From assembly GCA_965113315.1 (NCBI GenBank), contig OZ220377.1: a stretch of 64,000 bases of DNA; one strand, written 5' to 3'. The translations under genes were made by a program, and so were the position numbers. Below the pieces are notes generated by a model. The model was not told the DNA's origin. It saw nothing but the letters and a program-made list of their open reading frames with translations, and searched no databases. Source of the stretch: Podarcis vaucheri (Eukaryota). Shown here one piece after another: positions 50,001 through 64,000 of the stretch. The number at the start of each line of letters is the position of its first letter. Within the stretch, counting starts at the first letter, position 1.

Positions 50001-50122
50001 TAGGGTTGTCGCCAATGACATTTTACTCGGGGTAGACCCATTGAAATGAGTGGATCTGAATCATGTCCATTCATTTCAATGGGTCTATTCCCTGAGTATG
50101 ACTATCACTGCATACAACTCAG
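50001..50122. repeat. Palindromic MITE-like hairpin
   Basis: GTAGACCCATTGAAATGAGTGGA (50032-50054) is inverted to TCCATTCATTTCAATGGGTCTAT (50066-50088) with 2 mismatches, with weaker outer arms. Confidence 0.7.
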
Positions 50123-51152
50123 TGTGTTCCACTTGAAAAAATATGCCTATTTATCTGCAAAAATGTGCAAGGAAGGACTGTGATGGAAAATGACATGGGA
50201 GTGCAGTAAACATGAGAAAGATGGGGCGGGGGGAGAATGTTTGCATTGCTGTAAAAAGTTCGGATGAATTAATTGGCCTGTTGTTGCTGGAAGGCAACCA
50301 CTCTCTGCATAGCCTGCCTCCAGGACCAACAGAGTTAAGGTACCGCGAGCAAAGGGCTGCTTTGGCTTGAGAAACACTTTGTAAAGAGGAATACTGAAAG
50401 TCTGACATTCAGGGAAATCCCTGATAGATTTTCTCTAGTGAGATTCCAATCTAGTGTAGTTGTGGTTATTCTTATTACTAAAAATATGCTTATGAGAAAT
50501 CTAAAAGTCCACCAGAAAAATACTCTCGGGATTTGTGTTAAAAGTTCAGAATTCTGCTTTTATGTATGCTGATATCAGGTTAGAAGAATGACCACATGTT
50601 CAGTAAGATTATTTATTTTCAAGCAACATATAATGGACTCTCTCTTGCCTCCTAATTTATAGCAACCTGCTCTGGGATAGATGCAGTAAAGTCCAGTGCA
50701 ATTATTCTATAGCAAGCAGATTTCAGAGTTTTTTCCTTGAGGTTCTTTGCCAGCTCTGTTCTGTACCATAAACAGACAGCTTAGCTTACTGTAAATTAGA
50801 CTTGTTCTTTGACTTTTTTTGTATTTGAAATATTGCTGGAGGAACATATTTGTTCCTACTCCCTGTGTATTAAGTTTCATTGTGCAAGTTGCAAGATGTA
50901 GAATGCTGTTTTTCTTTGCTGCTAAATTTCCCCTCCAGCAAAGTGTGGATTGCAGCCCTTGTCCATTATCTATCTGTAGCATCTTAAAAGTATTTCAGTC
51001 ATCAGTTAGTAATTGTTAAGGCTTCATTCATCACTTGCGGGTGAATGGAAAAGCAAGAACAGCTAACACCCTCTCTCATAATACAGTACTAGAACCCAGG
51101 GTCATCCGAAGAAGCTGCATGGTGGGAGATTCAGGGCAGAGAAAAAGAAGTA

Positions 51153-52490
51153 CAGTGGTACCTCAGGTTAAGAACTTAATTCGTTCCGGAGGTCTGTTCT
51201 TAACCTGAAACTGTTCTTAACCTGAAGCACCACTTTAGCTAATGGGGCCTCCCACTGCCACCGTGCTACCGCCGCATGATTTCTTTTTATATATATATAT
51301 AATAATATTTATTAGTTTTCCAACAAATTGAACACAACACTACAAAAAACCAAAAAAAGAAAAAAACATACAATAATACAATACAAAAAACCTGCAAAAC
51401 ACTAACATACAACTAACAAAACAAAACAAAAACCATTTAAAATACAGTCCAATTTCAATATCTTTCTTTCACTAATTTCCACGACCTCCTCACACCTCCC
51501 TTTTTGTATTCCACTTCTATTAATTGTTTCAGCATTTCCTTTCCATCTTCCTCTGTTTTCTATCCTATAATTGTCTTAACACATTCTAACCTTATTTTTC
51601 CCTTTAATGCTCTAATAATCTATTTATACTTAATTCCTTATAACATTTCTACTAAAGCCATATAACTTCATTCCAACATCTTTCTAACATTCATTAATTT
51701 TACAGTATTTCTGTAAATAGTCTTTAAACTTTTTCCAGTCTTCTTCCACCGACTCTTCTCCCTGGTCTCGGATTCTGCCAGTCATTTCCGCCAATTCCAT
51801 GTAGTCCATCAACTTCATCTGCCATTCTTCCCTGGTGGGTAAATCTTGTGTCTTCCAATATTTCGCGATGAGTATTCTTGCTGCTGTTGTTGCATACATA
51901 AAAAAAGTTCTATCCTTCTCTAACACCAATTGGCCGACCATGCCCAGGAGAAAGGCCTCTGGTTTCTTAAGGAAGGTATATTTAAATACCTTTTTCATTT
52001 CATTATAAATCATCTCCCAGAATGCCTTAATCCTTGGGCACGTCCACCAAAGGTGAAAGAATGTACCTTCAGTCTCATTACATTTCCAACATTTATTATC
52101 GGGCAAATGGTAGATTTTTTGAAGCTTAACTGGTGTCATGTACCACCTATAAATCATTTTCATTAAATTTTCTCTTAAGGCATTACATGCTGTAAATTTC
52201 ATACCTGTGGTCCATAACCGTTCCCAGTCAGCCATCATTATGTTATGTCCAACATCTTGTGCCCATTTAGTCATAGCTGATTTCACCGTTTCTTCCTGAG
52301 TGTTCCATTTCAACAGCAGTTATACATTCTTGACAAATTCTTAGTTTTTGGATCTAACAATTCTGTTTCCAATTTTGATACCGCCGCATGATTTCTGTTC
52401 TCATCCTGAAGCAAAGTTCTTAACCCGAGGTACTATTTCTGGGTTAGCGGAGTCTGTAACCTGAAGCGTCTGTAACCTGAGGTACCACTG
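51153..52490. mobile_element. Tc1/mariner MITE interrupted by an L1
   Basis: TA TSD at 51151-51152 and 52491-52492; TIR CAGTGGTACCTCAGGTTA / TAACCTGAGGTACCACTG; the two halves together reconstitute the 34972-35196 family. Confidence 0.92.
51285..52378 (-). mobile_element. 5'-truncated L1-clade LINE (ORF2 C-terminus, 3'UTR, tail)
   Basis: Open frame 52313-51684 with CWKC-x8-H-x4-C zinc knuckle; minus-strand AATAAA then AT-rich tail; 18-bp TSD TACCGCCGCATGATTTCT at 51267-51284 and 52379-52396. Confidence 0.93.
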
Positions 52491-55400
52491 TACTTTGCTC
52501 AGTTGAATGTTCATTACCACAAATTCCCTAACAAGACATGCTTATAGTGACCAGATTGAGCAACTTTAAAAGGGGATTAGATTGTTTTGTGGAGGAAAGA
52601 CTGTCAATGGCTATTAGTCATGATGGGCATCCATTACCCTCTATCAGAGGCCGTATGCATCTGAATACCAGTTGCTGGAGAACATGAATTTCAGTGCATC
52701 CTGCATATGAGTATAGGTATCTGATTGGCCACTGTGGGAACACGATTCTGGACTGGGTGCACCTTATCCTCTTGAGCTCGTTGAGAGTAGCAGGCAAAAT
52801 GTAATGCAGAATGATTTAGGTCTGTCATCTGAATAAGAAAGACATTTTCAATTTGATTTTTATATTTGCATAGATTTTGATATGGCTAGAGTATGGCTAA
52901 ATTCTAACTTGTTGTGCTTTTTATCATATCTGAAGCTTTTTTTAAAAAATCACATATAGTGCTTCTGCACTTGGAGGTTCTATATGATATCCCACAAAGG
53001 TCAGAACAACTCTCTTGATTAGTCACCCCAGACATTATCTTTCTATATAGTATGCTTTTCTTAGTGGAAGCCAGCTAGCTGGCTTCAACTTTGCCACCCA
53101 AAGAAAGGACATAATGATTAATGTTTTGTTAGGTCTTCATTAGACTGCGTATGTCAAGCTGGCTGATTATTCCTTTGATGAGAATGTTTTTGCTGCTGTA
53201 GTTTTTTTGTTGGTTTATGGGTCTTTTTATGGGTTATTAGAATGGTTTTATGGAAATGTGTTGTTATATGTTGCACCCTTTTGACTTTTGACATTTTGTA
53301 AATAGCATTTTATGTACTAAGCAACTAATAAGTCAAATAATAATAAAGAATAATGGCAACTTGTTACTGGAGACCTAATTAATTTTAAGTTTTATCGATC
53401 AATTTAATTGACATCACAGCCCCAGCATTAAGAACACTAAGGGTAGTTTCCATCTGTCTCTCCATACAGGTAGGCAGCTATCTAACATGGGATTGAAAAT
53501 TGCAGCTGGATACCTTTCAGAAAAATAAAGTTTAAGATTTGTTGCAAGTGAAGTGTTACTGACTTGGGTGGTAAATTGGAGCTTTAGTGAATTACACTAG
53601 GATAGCATGAGGTTGGCAGTTTTGTTTCAGAATTTTTCAGTGTGCATTGCTGCATTGGAGTATATGACAGATCTAAAAGAGTTTTGTCATAGTAATGCAA
53701 AGGGGAAATAAAGCAATTAAACATGCATAAGTTGTTTAGCAGTCAAACATACATAAGTAGATGTGGACATCAAGCCCTGCTTGAACAGAAATATGCCCTT
53801 TATTTCAGAATACAGAAATCAGAATTAAAATATACTACATTGCTATCTTTATTATTTTGCTATTTTCCTTGCAACCTATAAGCATATACATTTTTTGCAA
53901 GGAATGAAGATGTTTTCTGCTTCGTGACCAAATTTGCTGTAGTGGCTAAATAAAGGCATAACTGTTATCGTAGTGAATGTATTGGCTGGTCTGTTAGCAA
54001 CCTACTTGGTTACTTCTCATTTTTGTCTTGTTCCAATTCACTTGTCCTGCTAAGTATATTGTTGAGGTGACGATATCATTTGGGGATGTAAGAGGTGTAA
54101 ATGAAATATTTCATGTTCTTTCTTGAAAAATGTATCTATGCAGAGCAGATTGCATATCCTCAGTAGAGTAGATGGTCAGCATTACTTCCATAAAAGGTGC
54201 ACTTGGGTGAAATCAGTTTTGATCAGTAGTTGTTTATTACAATTGATTAATACAGTTCACATAGGTAAGTTCTCCCCTTCTCTAAGGAAATGAATTGTGT
54301 TAAACTCTAACAAGAATGTTGTATTACTATATGCTTTAATCTGTATCTGTCACGTCCAGATCTATTGGGCAGGTTTGTTTCTTTGTTTCAATAATGTGTA
54401 TGTGCTTCCTTTCAGAGCAAAACTCTCCCAAGGTAGCTTGCATCAAAAACATATTGCACCATTTCAATAAAACTGCAATATAAAACTAAAACTTTATAAC
54501 CTGAAAACAGAGGCAGTTAAAACAATACCGGCTACCACATATTAAAAAGAAATGTGATTTTTTTAAAAAAAAAATCAAGCTCAGTTTATAAACCAATAGA
54601 GTAGGATTCATTCACAATCAAGAAAGAGAATTCTACCAAGAAGTCTCCTTTACCCTTGTCTCACAAACCTAAGAGTTCTTGATGGCAGGCCATCTGAGAG
54701 CAACCTCAAGGTCCAGGCAGGTTAAGATGGATGCAGCCATCCTGCAAATAACTGGTCCAAAACTATGAATCTATAGTCCATTAATATGTGTCCCTACTTT
54801 TCTTTTCTTTTTTTAAAAAAGGCCAAAAATCACTTCTCATAATAAGCCACCTAATCAACAAATCAGTGCCATCTTCCAGGTTCTTGACAGTCTACTTCCT
54901 GATTCTTTGCAACTGTGTTTTATATGTCAGTTTGCCAGGATGGAATGTGTGGTTGGGGCTGGGGTCAGGAGACAGGGTGATGGACAAGGAGAATAATTTT
55001 GGGGAGAAAACTTTTCTGGGCCTAGTATAGCCACAGACTTTGCATTGCCAACTCCTCCTTTAAGAAGCAAGACATTTGGTTCTGAAAGTAGCACGTTACC
55101 ATTTCCTTTCTGAAAGGGGATAGGGAGAGATGCATCTGTCTTCATGTTGCAGTGAGAGCACACAGCATGTGTTAAATGGGCTTCTCTTTTCTGCACTCGA
55201 CAGGAAGAACACTGTCCTCAGCCATGTTTCATGCGCAAAAACCTTCTTCAGGGCTTGCTTTTTATGTGGATATCATTTTTCCAGTTAAGATACATCCTTA
55301 ATGTTCATGCTTTTGGCTTGGTCAACTGGCCTTTATACAATTTACTGCTCCCCATTACTGTGCTGCCACCATAAATTTATGTTAACATTTACTTATTACT

Positions 55401-55961
55401 TGCAAACTAAATAAAAAGTCCCACTCTATAGCAGTGTAAATCAAAGGAGAGTGGAGGGTCACCCAAATGCCTCGGAAATACTGACTCCTGGAAATGGTTT
55501 GCACCATTACAGATGTCCTTTACTGCAGAATCCTTAACTAGAAAAAAAACATACCAGATTGCTGTCTTTATTATTTTTCTTGGAATCTATAAGGCTGTAT
55601 ATTTTTGCTTTCCATTTTTGTGAGGAAATGACTAGTTCAGTCTACTTCCCCTCTCTTTACCTGCTCTGTTTCGCCTCTTTGTGCCACATATAGGAAACTT
55701 AAGGCAAGCCCCAAGCAAAGACATCACCTCTGGTTACTCTAGTAAACAGTCAGGACAGAATGTACTATGAAGGAAGAGTGAAACATCCAGTCTCTGGTGA
55801 ATGAGGAGGTTACTGTTTTTTGTTCTTGTCAAAACAAGAATGTGCAAGGCTTTCTCCTAGTGACTAAACTTTGGAGCAGAAAAGTTAACCTCACATAATG
55901 GGCAAGTATCACAATGCAGTTTGCTAGTGAACTTGGGGAGAGCATAACATACTATCTCTGA

Positions 55962-56237
<276 letters not shown>

Positions 56238-58819
56238 TAGTGCCTGGGAAATAAATTCCTCTTTCCTCCAAGTGACTTTGGCAAACTTCCTATAGCAGCC
56301 CTAGAGAAAGTGGAAAGACAGAGAGGATTTCCTGATATGCCCCCTTTGCATTATGGGTGGTGTAGGCTTTTGACACTAAGTTCTTACTAAAAATAGCTGC
56401 TGCTTGTATTTCTTTCTTGGGGGAAAATGGCAGTAATTTTGTAGGGTTTTATGATTTTTTGTAGTGTCATGACAACTTGTTAGCATAGCCAGATGTGCTG
56501 GCTACAATCAAATTTAATCAAATAATTCTTGAGTATAAAAAAGCTCAAAATGGAAACTCTCTGGATTATTTTAGCATGCTTGATTTAATTTTAATTACAA
56601 ATTTAGACACAGCAGATGTTCCTTGCAATAGATAATTTTCTTTTGCCTCAGTATAATACTAAGGATCCTTGGATTGCCAGACCAGAATTTCAAAAATGAG
56701 GGACACTCATTTTTAAGCTGCTGAGAGTTCTATAGAGCAGTAGAGTTCTTGGAATAAAAGATGTCTGGCAAGTTCTCCAGATGGTGTTTAGCTTCAAGGA
56801 GGAGGGAATAATGACTGTTTAAGGCTTCTTAGCATTTTCTTACGTAGGGATAGATGACAGAGAAAGAAGAGCAGCTGCACCAAGGAAAAAAAGTTGGCAG
56901 GAAAGTTAGCTTGTTAAAAACAAATCCCCATGAAATTAAAAATCACTCTGAAAGACACACAGTGCTGGTATCAAACAGTAGCACTTCATACAGGAGGGAA
57001 AGATACAAGAGGCCAGCCTTTCCCAACGTGGTGCTCTCCAGATGTGATAGCTGGGGCTGGTGAGCATTGTGCTCCAAACCATATGGAGGGCACCTGGTTG
57101 GGGAAGACTGCAATAGCCCATGCACTGTGGTGCTGCGGTGAATCCAACCCCCACACAACACACATACCCTACCCAAGCCTGGCTTGATGGGTTTTACAGA
57201 GAAGACTTACTCCTTCCACTGAAATGAGTGAAATTCAGTGGACCATTAAGCACTGGCCTTAATGCATGAAAAAAACCAGGATATTAAGAGGATATTGGAA
57301 TGAGATTTTCTTTTGCAGGGAAGTAAGTAGTTTGCCCCTATAACAAATGAACCACTTGCATACAAAAAAGCCTGCAGACTATTTTCTTTTCTATTTTTTT
57401 CACTTAAAACATCTCCAATAGACACATTTCAAACGGGAAGTTGGGAAATGGGGAAGTGTTCGATTCCTCACACTATGTAGTTTGCCGTGCTGAGAAAAAT
57501 GGGGATCCTCTTAGGGCAGCAAATAAAGGGTTGAAGGACAGAAAAACCACACAGCAAAAGATCTGTGTGTAACTTGTTTGCATTGATGAACTTTGATGAC
57601 AAGAATCCTTCATATGCTGTTGTGTGGCAGCGGCAGCAGCATTTTATTTATCAATTTGGGCTGCACCATTGTCCGTTTTTAAAGACACACCTGTGTGCCT
57701 TAAGGATGGATTTGGCAGTCTGGGACATCTGCATGAGGTAATCAAGTGTCTTGGTTTTTCATACCTCTGTCAGAATGGGTGATGCTTTTTTGTTTGTTTG
57801 TTCTGTTGCAACCCATGTTCTTTGGAATTCTGGCACTTGTCAGATTCTGTATCCTCCATGATGATTTCAGCGCTGTAAAAATGAACACTAAAATTGAAAT
57901 ATTTGGACACTGTGACCTGAAGGCTCAAAGTTTGTGCTGAGTTCCCACTCCATGGGTTCTTGGCATACTTACTACATTTTTATTCTGCCCTTTCCCTAAG
58001 AAATGCACGACAGCCACACATAGCCTTGCTTCCTCCTCACCAACACACATTTTATTTTCACAATGATATTGGGAGGTAAGTTGGGCTGGGAGTAACTGGT
58101 CCAAGGTAGCAGTGCAAGGATTTGATTCTGTGTAGCTCCTATCTTTAATCCAGCATGAAATTCACTATACTGCATTGAAATCTAAATTATATTTCAAAAG
58201 GGTCCTGGGATCAGAACAAGCGCCCATCTAAACCAGCAACCTGTTCCTAACGCTTACTAGCCAGATGATTCCTGAAAGTTCACATCAAAGATATGAAGGC
58301 TCTAGCTCTCCCATATTAATTCCCCAACTACTAGTAATCGCAGGAACATTGCCTCTGAAAGTGCAGGCTCGACTCGGCTATCCTTGTCAGTTTTCATTGA
58401 CAGGCCTATACCCCCCAGGAATTTGTCTCTTTTTAAAACTGCTTTAGCCATCGTCAATCACTACATCATTTCATACTATTTTTGCTCAGTATATGAGCTA
58501 TGTATTTTTCAATGGCTTTGGGCACTCCCTTTTGAAATTCAAATGACTGTCTGTGATACTGTTTCTGTCTTGCTGCTTGAAGATCTCTGTACTTCCTTTA
58601 ATTACCCAAATTAATACTGACCTTATTTTTAAATACTTTAAATATGACCATTTATCATATGGTAACATATGACATTGGGTCATGTAGCCACTTGCTACAA
58701 TGATAATCTCTCTGGTGAATTTTACACTCCTGGTTCTTACCCAGATTTCTGAATAGTTTGCTAAAATTCTGTTAATGCTAGGATGGGTGGTTTGGATGAC
58801 TGATCTAAGCAAGTTCTAA

Positions 58820-58878
58820 TGTATATGTGTTGGAAGCCACCCAGAGTGACTGGGGCAACCCAGCCAGATGTGTGGGGT

Positions 58879-58910
<32 letters not shown>

Positions 58911-58930
58911 CATTGTTATTGTCATTGTTC
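58820..58930 (+). repeat. L2 3' terminus followed by (GTT)n microsatellite
   Basis: ggaagccacccagagtgactggggcaacccagccagatg..tggggtat then about 10 TGT units. Confidence 0.7.
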
Positions 58931-61900
58931 TTGATAAATGGTTGCATGGACTCTATGTGAATTTTCCTATGGAGAGGGGCACGGTTTGGTGCAAGCCTGG
59001 CAATTTTTCTCCCAGACTTCTTGGGAGAAAACACAGTTCTGTTGGCTATTCTGAGAAAATACTTGTCCTTCTGGTTAGCTTTTGAGGGGCTTGTGAAGAC
59101 TGTTAGGCACATCAGTCTTCCAGGTGCTGTGAAAGTGATGACACAGAATTGTGTTTCAGTGGGCCCCTTTATAAAAGGAAGCAACCGTCTGGGCCTGACA
59201 TTGTAATTGCAGCACTTCAGAGCTGGCAGAAATGTTGCTGTCTTGCGTGTTCTCGACCCACTCCTTAAAGTCCACATTAGCCTCTTTAAAGGCCAGGAGG
59301 GTTAAATCCAGCAAAGCAGTTTGAGCATCAGTGTGATGCTGTGCAGAAGACAGGACTCCATGATTTGAATGCAGTTAGGTCATTTGAAGGAAAGTGGGGA
59401 CGGGAGACTGTTATTTTGAAAGGGCTCACAGCAGCCTTTTCTGCTGGTGGACCGTGTAACATGCATTGACGTCAGAACTGGGTGATCAGTGATCAGTATT
59501 CAGTTCCTGCAGTGGGTCAGGTTTATGCCTCTCACTCATTCCTTTCCTTTTATCAGCACCTCTCTTTGCAATTACTGCCTTGCTCACATTACCAAATAAC
59601 AAAAGATCCACACATCTCCCTCCTGAAGCTGAGGAGAGATGCCTTCTGCTAGCAAACAAACCCAATTTCTTAAAATTACTCCCCTTTAAAACTCATTTGC
59701 TCTTTTTAGACAAAAGAGTTTTCAAATTCTTCAAACTGTAGGGGAAGGGAGCTTATTTTGCTCTGGAGCCCTTTGCTGTGGATTGCTGTATCTCGTACAT
59801 TAGTATTAAATAATAAACATCACAGAAAACTGGTGGGTGGGTGAATTTGACATGCAGTATTGCCCAACAGGTGTTCCCTGGTTGTACAAGGCTCTGTAAT
59901 TTTACCTTATCAAAAGTATTGCATAATCTGGTTTGGAAATTTCCCAAGTAAGATGCTTTTTAAAAAGCTTTAATTCATATGGAAATATTGTTGTTTTCCT
60001 GTCTGTCTCTGTGTTGTTGTTTTTAAAATCTCAGCTCAGTATCGCAGATTTGTGGGGAAAGTGTCTTTACACCTGCATAGGAAGCAAGGTGGGAATAATT
60101 TGCTTCATCTCTTTTCAAAGTTTGCTAGGGGGGATTTTTGAAAAGTTCACAACAAAGACGGTAGTAGAAACTGACTAACAGAGGGCATTAGTTATCATAG
60201 ATTAATTTTCCAGCTTCTAGGGTGAAGGAAGATAGAATGAATGGGGAAATGTGACATGAACAGCCATCTGGGTTTCCCAGCAGTGTTCAAATAAAAGGAG
60301 AACAAGTTTCTTCCTTACTAGAAGATTATCACTTCACGGCTGGGAAGGACCTCAAAGTAAATTAGCCAGTCCCCTGCCATTAAAAAGATCAATACCTTTA
60401 CAGCCCTCAGCAAGTATTTAATTTATTTCTATTCTATTAGTGACTTCATAAGATCCCTTTTGCAATTAATTCTGTGGCTCTTCTTCCTTTCTTGACATTC
60501 CTTTTTATTATAGCCATCCTTAAAGCAGCCATTATGAGTGTGAATGTTTAGCATATTGCCCCTTCAGCCACCCACTTCTTTTAAAGCTAAAACAGTTTCA
60601 ATGCCTTTTGTTATCCTCTTAGGTTTTGCGTTGGATTTATCTATATCTAACATTCTTAAATAACTCAAACTTAAGGCTCTAGGTGGGCCACAAAATTTAT
60701 AAGACATAATCTCAGCAGTCACCATCCAAAGTAAAACAAGCAATTACATACCCTGGGGAAAATAGTGAAGCAAAAACCACTCTTGCTTGGCACTGACTGT
60801 GTTAGCAGGCAAAAACCTGTAAGCAAAACCTTCCAGTCTCCTTTTCGCAACCATGCCCAAGGAGGAGACAAGCCTGAGGTTCACTGTGTGTGGCTCATTC
60901 TTGTAATGCTAAACTTTGGTCTAGCATTACATGCACACCAGGCCATCTGCTTATCTGGTCAAAGAGCAGCAAAATCAGATGATTTTTCTTGCGCCACTGG
61001 CATTTTTCTTCTGACATATCAAATTTGAAAATAGTGATGTGTACTGTACTCTTGAAATGGTTTTTAAAATGGCTGTTTTTAAGTGGAAAGTCGGTTAGGT
61101 CTGTATTCCTATATTTGAGGTGCAGGTGCAGAACTGCTTGGAAATCAGTTCCACCTTTGTATATTGTTTCCAGTGTTGGACATGTTAGACCCTGAGGTGT
61201 GTGATTAGGGCCGTCTGAAGGCCCCTACCTTTGAATGAAATATGGAGGCAGAGTTTGTCAGTATCACACTAGGAGTCCATGTCAGTCTGCTTCTAGTAGC
61301 ACAGGTCATGCAAGGTAAACTGGGATCTCGCTCTCCAGCATAATGCAGCGTGTTCACCACTGGACCAAAGTCTCTATGATGCCTGTACAACTGCAGCATT
61401 TATCCAGTCATGCTGTCTGCTGACCAATGCCACATGGCACTTGCATGCCTTGGCTTAGAACTATGCAGTTGGGAGATAAGACTAAACAAACATCTGTTAC
61501 CAAACTCGCTTTGAGTTTCGCTTCAAAGTTTCTGGAACTTCACAAGTGAACAATTTTGCTCAAGAATATATGAGGCTTGTTAGTCTGAGGTGTGATTCTT
61601 TGCAACGACACAGTTGGAAACCTAGCTTGTGTGCCTCTGTGCTCCACGGAAAAGTAGTAAGAGCAGCTCTTTTAGAGAGGCCATTATGAAGTAATAGTCG
61701 GTGCACCTTACTATGCTAATAGCAAGTGTGCATGAAGTCATGCTGTACAAATCTTGCATTACAAACACTATGCAAACGTTGTGTGTTATACTTTTGACAG
61801 CAGTATTTGATGGAATAAAGTGTTGAGAGAACTGGAAACATACACTAGCTTGTCTCCTGGAGCCTTTTAAACCAAGAATACTATACTGGTTCACATTGGT

Positions 61901-63369
61901 GCCCTTAGGATCCTTTGTTTCCACTATCATGCCAGCTTTGCAGGTGACATTAAAATGTACAAGAGCACAAATGGGCTCTTGCATTCACTCCATTGTGTCC
62001 TCTTCACCAAGCTGCTTAATTGTTCACCTCTGTGTTTGCTCTTGAGCTGTGAGTTCTGCCCTTGAAGCTGTTCTTACTATTCAGGTTATATTTTAGCTCC
62101 TTTTAAGGCTCTCATGGTAAAGGTAACTTCAGTCGCTTCTTGGGAATGGATCTGCAATGCATATAGGTGGGCTGGTAGTAGTTAACGCAGTTGCAACTTC
62201 CTGCTGAGAGTTTTCATCACATGGCAGAGACCCCATGCTGAGCAGAACTTGGAGTACCCAGAGAAGAGTGGCAAGAAGGGGGTAGGAAAACAGGAATCCA
62301 GACCACCTGCATTCTCAGGATCAAGGCTAAAAACTGCTTTCAGATTCCTAACACCATCATCACAGACACCTGTGATTGTTCTAGCCATGTCTTCCAGAAA
62401 AAAATCTTTTTCATAGGATCAAACAAAATGAGTGACCATGGACAACGCCATTGTGTAAAATTGTACCCTGTTTCTACAATGTCTTTATAGTTTTAGGCTA
62501 ATTATCTTAGCTGTGTGCTAGTTACACATCTCTGATTGATATATAAAAATAATTGGGGCTATACGTAGTACCCACACAGTGAAGTCACAGTACTTAATTG
62601 TACGCAGCAGCACCAACAGCACAAGCAGCCTTTAATGGAAACTCATAAACTGAAGGCCTGGAAGTACCAAACGCTGCTATTGTTCTACAAATGTTCAATG
62701 CAGCTCCTAACGTTAGTTCGTAACAGGAAGGGAAGGAGATGCCTTTCCTGTACTACTCTGTGTCTAACCTTTGATGGTGCTTGGTAGGAACCAGGCCTGG
62801 CCCATTGATAAGGCAGAGCAGGGTGAGGCACCCGCCCCAAGCAGTGGAAGCCCAAGAGGTGGTGCCGACCTCTCCTCTGCTACCCGTCCTACCACTTCCA
62901 GAGGGCATGAGATGCCAGCAAGATCTCAGTGGAAGGCACCACTGCTGCTGTTGCTTCGTGGGTAAGAGAAGTGTGGCAGCAGGGGCATGTTGCCATTTCT
63001 CCTCAAGGGGCAAAACAGGGCACGGTGCACCTGGAATGAAGTTAATATGACTTGCCTTGATGGTGTGGGGTCTGGTTAAAATGACACGATGGGAGAAGTC
63101 TGCTCCTGAATTTTCTTCCTCGGGATTTGAAGTTTTGCTAGAGCCCAAACTCTTATTGAAGCATTAGAGAAATTCTCTTGAGCTGCTAAGACATGAGCAT
63201 ATGTCATATGACATATAGTGTTTTTGTATATCGTTTGGGCTCAAACCAGGGCCCCCACAAATGCAAAGAGCTCACAGGGATTTGGGGGCTTAATATACAT
63301 TAGGTTCCATTTTGTTTTGTTGAGCATACTAGATAAATACATTCAGCCTGGACTTAAAAATATAGCTAA

Positions 63370-63543
<174 letters not shown>

Positions 63544-64000
63544 TAATTGTATTAAATTGAGCGTCCCTTTTAAAAAACTGCTAAATTTTAGTTAACATGT
63601 TATATTGCTCTTCCTAATTGGTAGATAAGTTGGTCTTGCTTTTAAAGACAAGTCATAAAGGCCCCAGTAGCTTTGAGAATGGGAAGCAAGAGTTACTTTG
63701 AAACTTGTCTTTATTGTATTAGAGGAAACAATTTGGCCAATGCAGAAATCTGGTCCTGTCTTACTGAATCTATGCACTTATGTCTATGCTGCAGTTTAGC
63801 TTGCTAATTCCTCCTTCTTGGGAGTTCAAACCAAAGTTAAGATTCTAAATTCTCTGTATGGCCAGAGGGATTGTCTGAGTCATTTGCACATGGCTGCTAT
63901 CCATCCTCTCTTTCAGTTGAGAGGACAAGACAGTTTGCCTTGAACAATTCTGCTGCAGGCAGGTGCCCGTGGCTGAACCAAAAAGAGTGTGTGTGTGTGT

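Larger units (their letters stand above)
51070..52760 (+). mobile_element. CR1 LINE 3' fragment split by nested insertions (CR1 parts about 51070-51152 and 52491-52760)
   Basis: actagaacccagggtcatcc...gaagctg...agattcagg...aaaagaagTA | ctt...tttaaaaggggattaga...tggagga...tcaatggctattagtcatgatgg is continuous CR1 ORF2 end and 3'UTR once the MITE is removed. Confidence 0.75.

Noticed and set aside
51684-52313. 209-aa minus-strand ORF as a nested host gene
   Set aside because: It is the ORF2 C-terminus of a 5'-truncated L1 bounded by a TSD, with no promoter or true start.

Overview
Vertebrate genomic DNA, very likely a squamate (lacertid-type lizard, inferred from Sauria SINE, Squam3-like SINE and the hAT/Tc1-mariner MITE content). 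The + strand carries the last three coding exons of LAYN (layilin; 44-130, 380-482, 1209-1569, last intron GC-AG), an intergenic stretch with a strong CTCF motif, a CpG-island promoter and coding exons 1-5 of SIK2 (13606-13782, 24867-24983, 30797-30860, 56047-56208, 63413-63537; 215 codons, gene continues past the window). The LAYN-SIK2 order matches mammals. Almost all ORF-track entries are noise. The introns are full of TEs whose ends and TSDs can be read directly. The most notable item is a 518-bp hAT element in SIK2 intron 1 (17181-17698; 13-bp TIRs, perfect 8-bp TSD). Its interior looks like a captured GC-rich 5'UTR plus start of a host first exon (MSGQQQQQQQQQQLPATAPPPP..., reminiscent of RANBP9) followed by a CRE/GC-box module, i.e. 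a candidate Pack-TIR. Three of the four palindromic CRE sites I found lie inside DNA transposons in SIK2 introns. There is also a three-tier CR1 < mariner MITE < L1 nest, a CR1 relic retaining its 5' ORF1, and an IR/DR Tc1 relic. Family names and gene identities come from recalled sequence similarity, not database searches.
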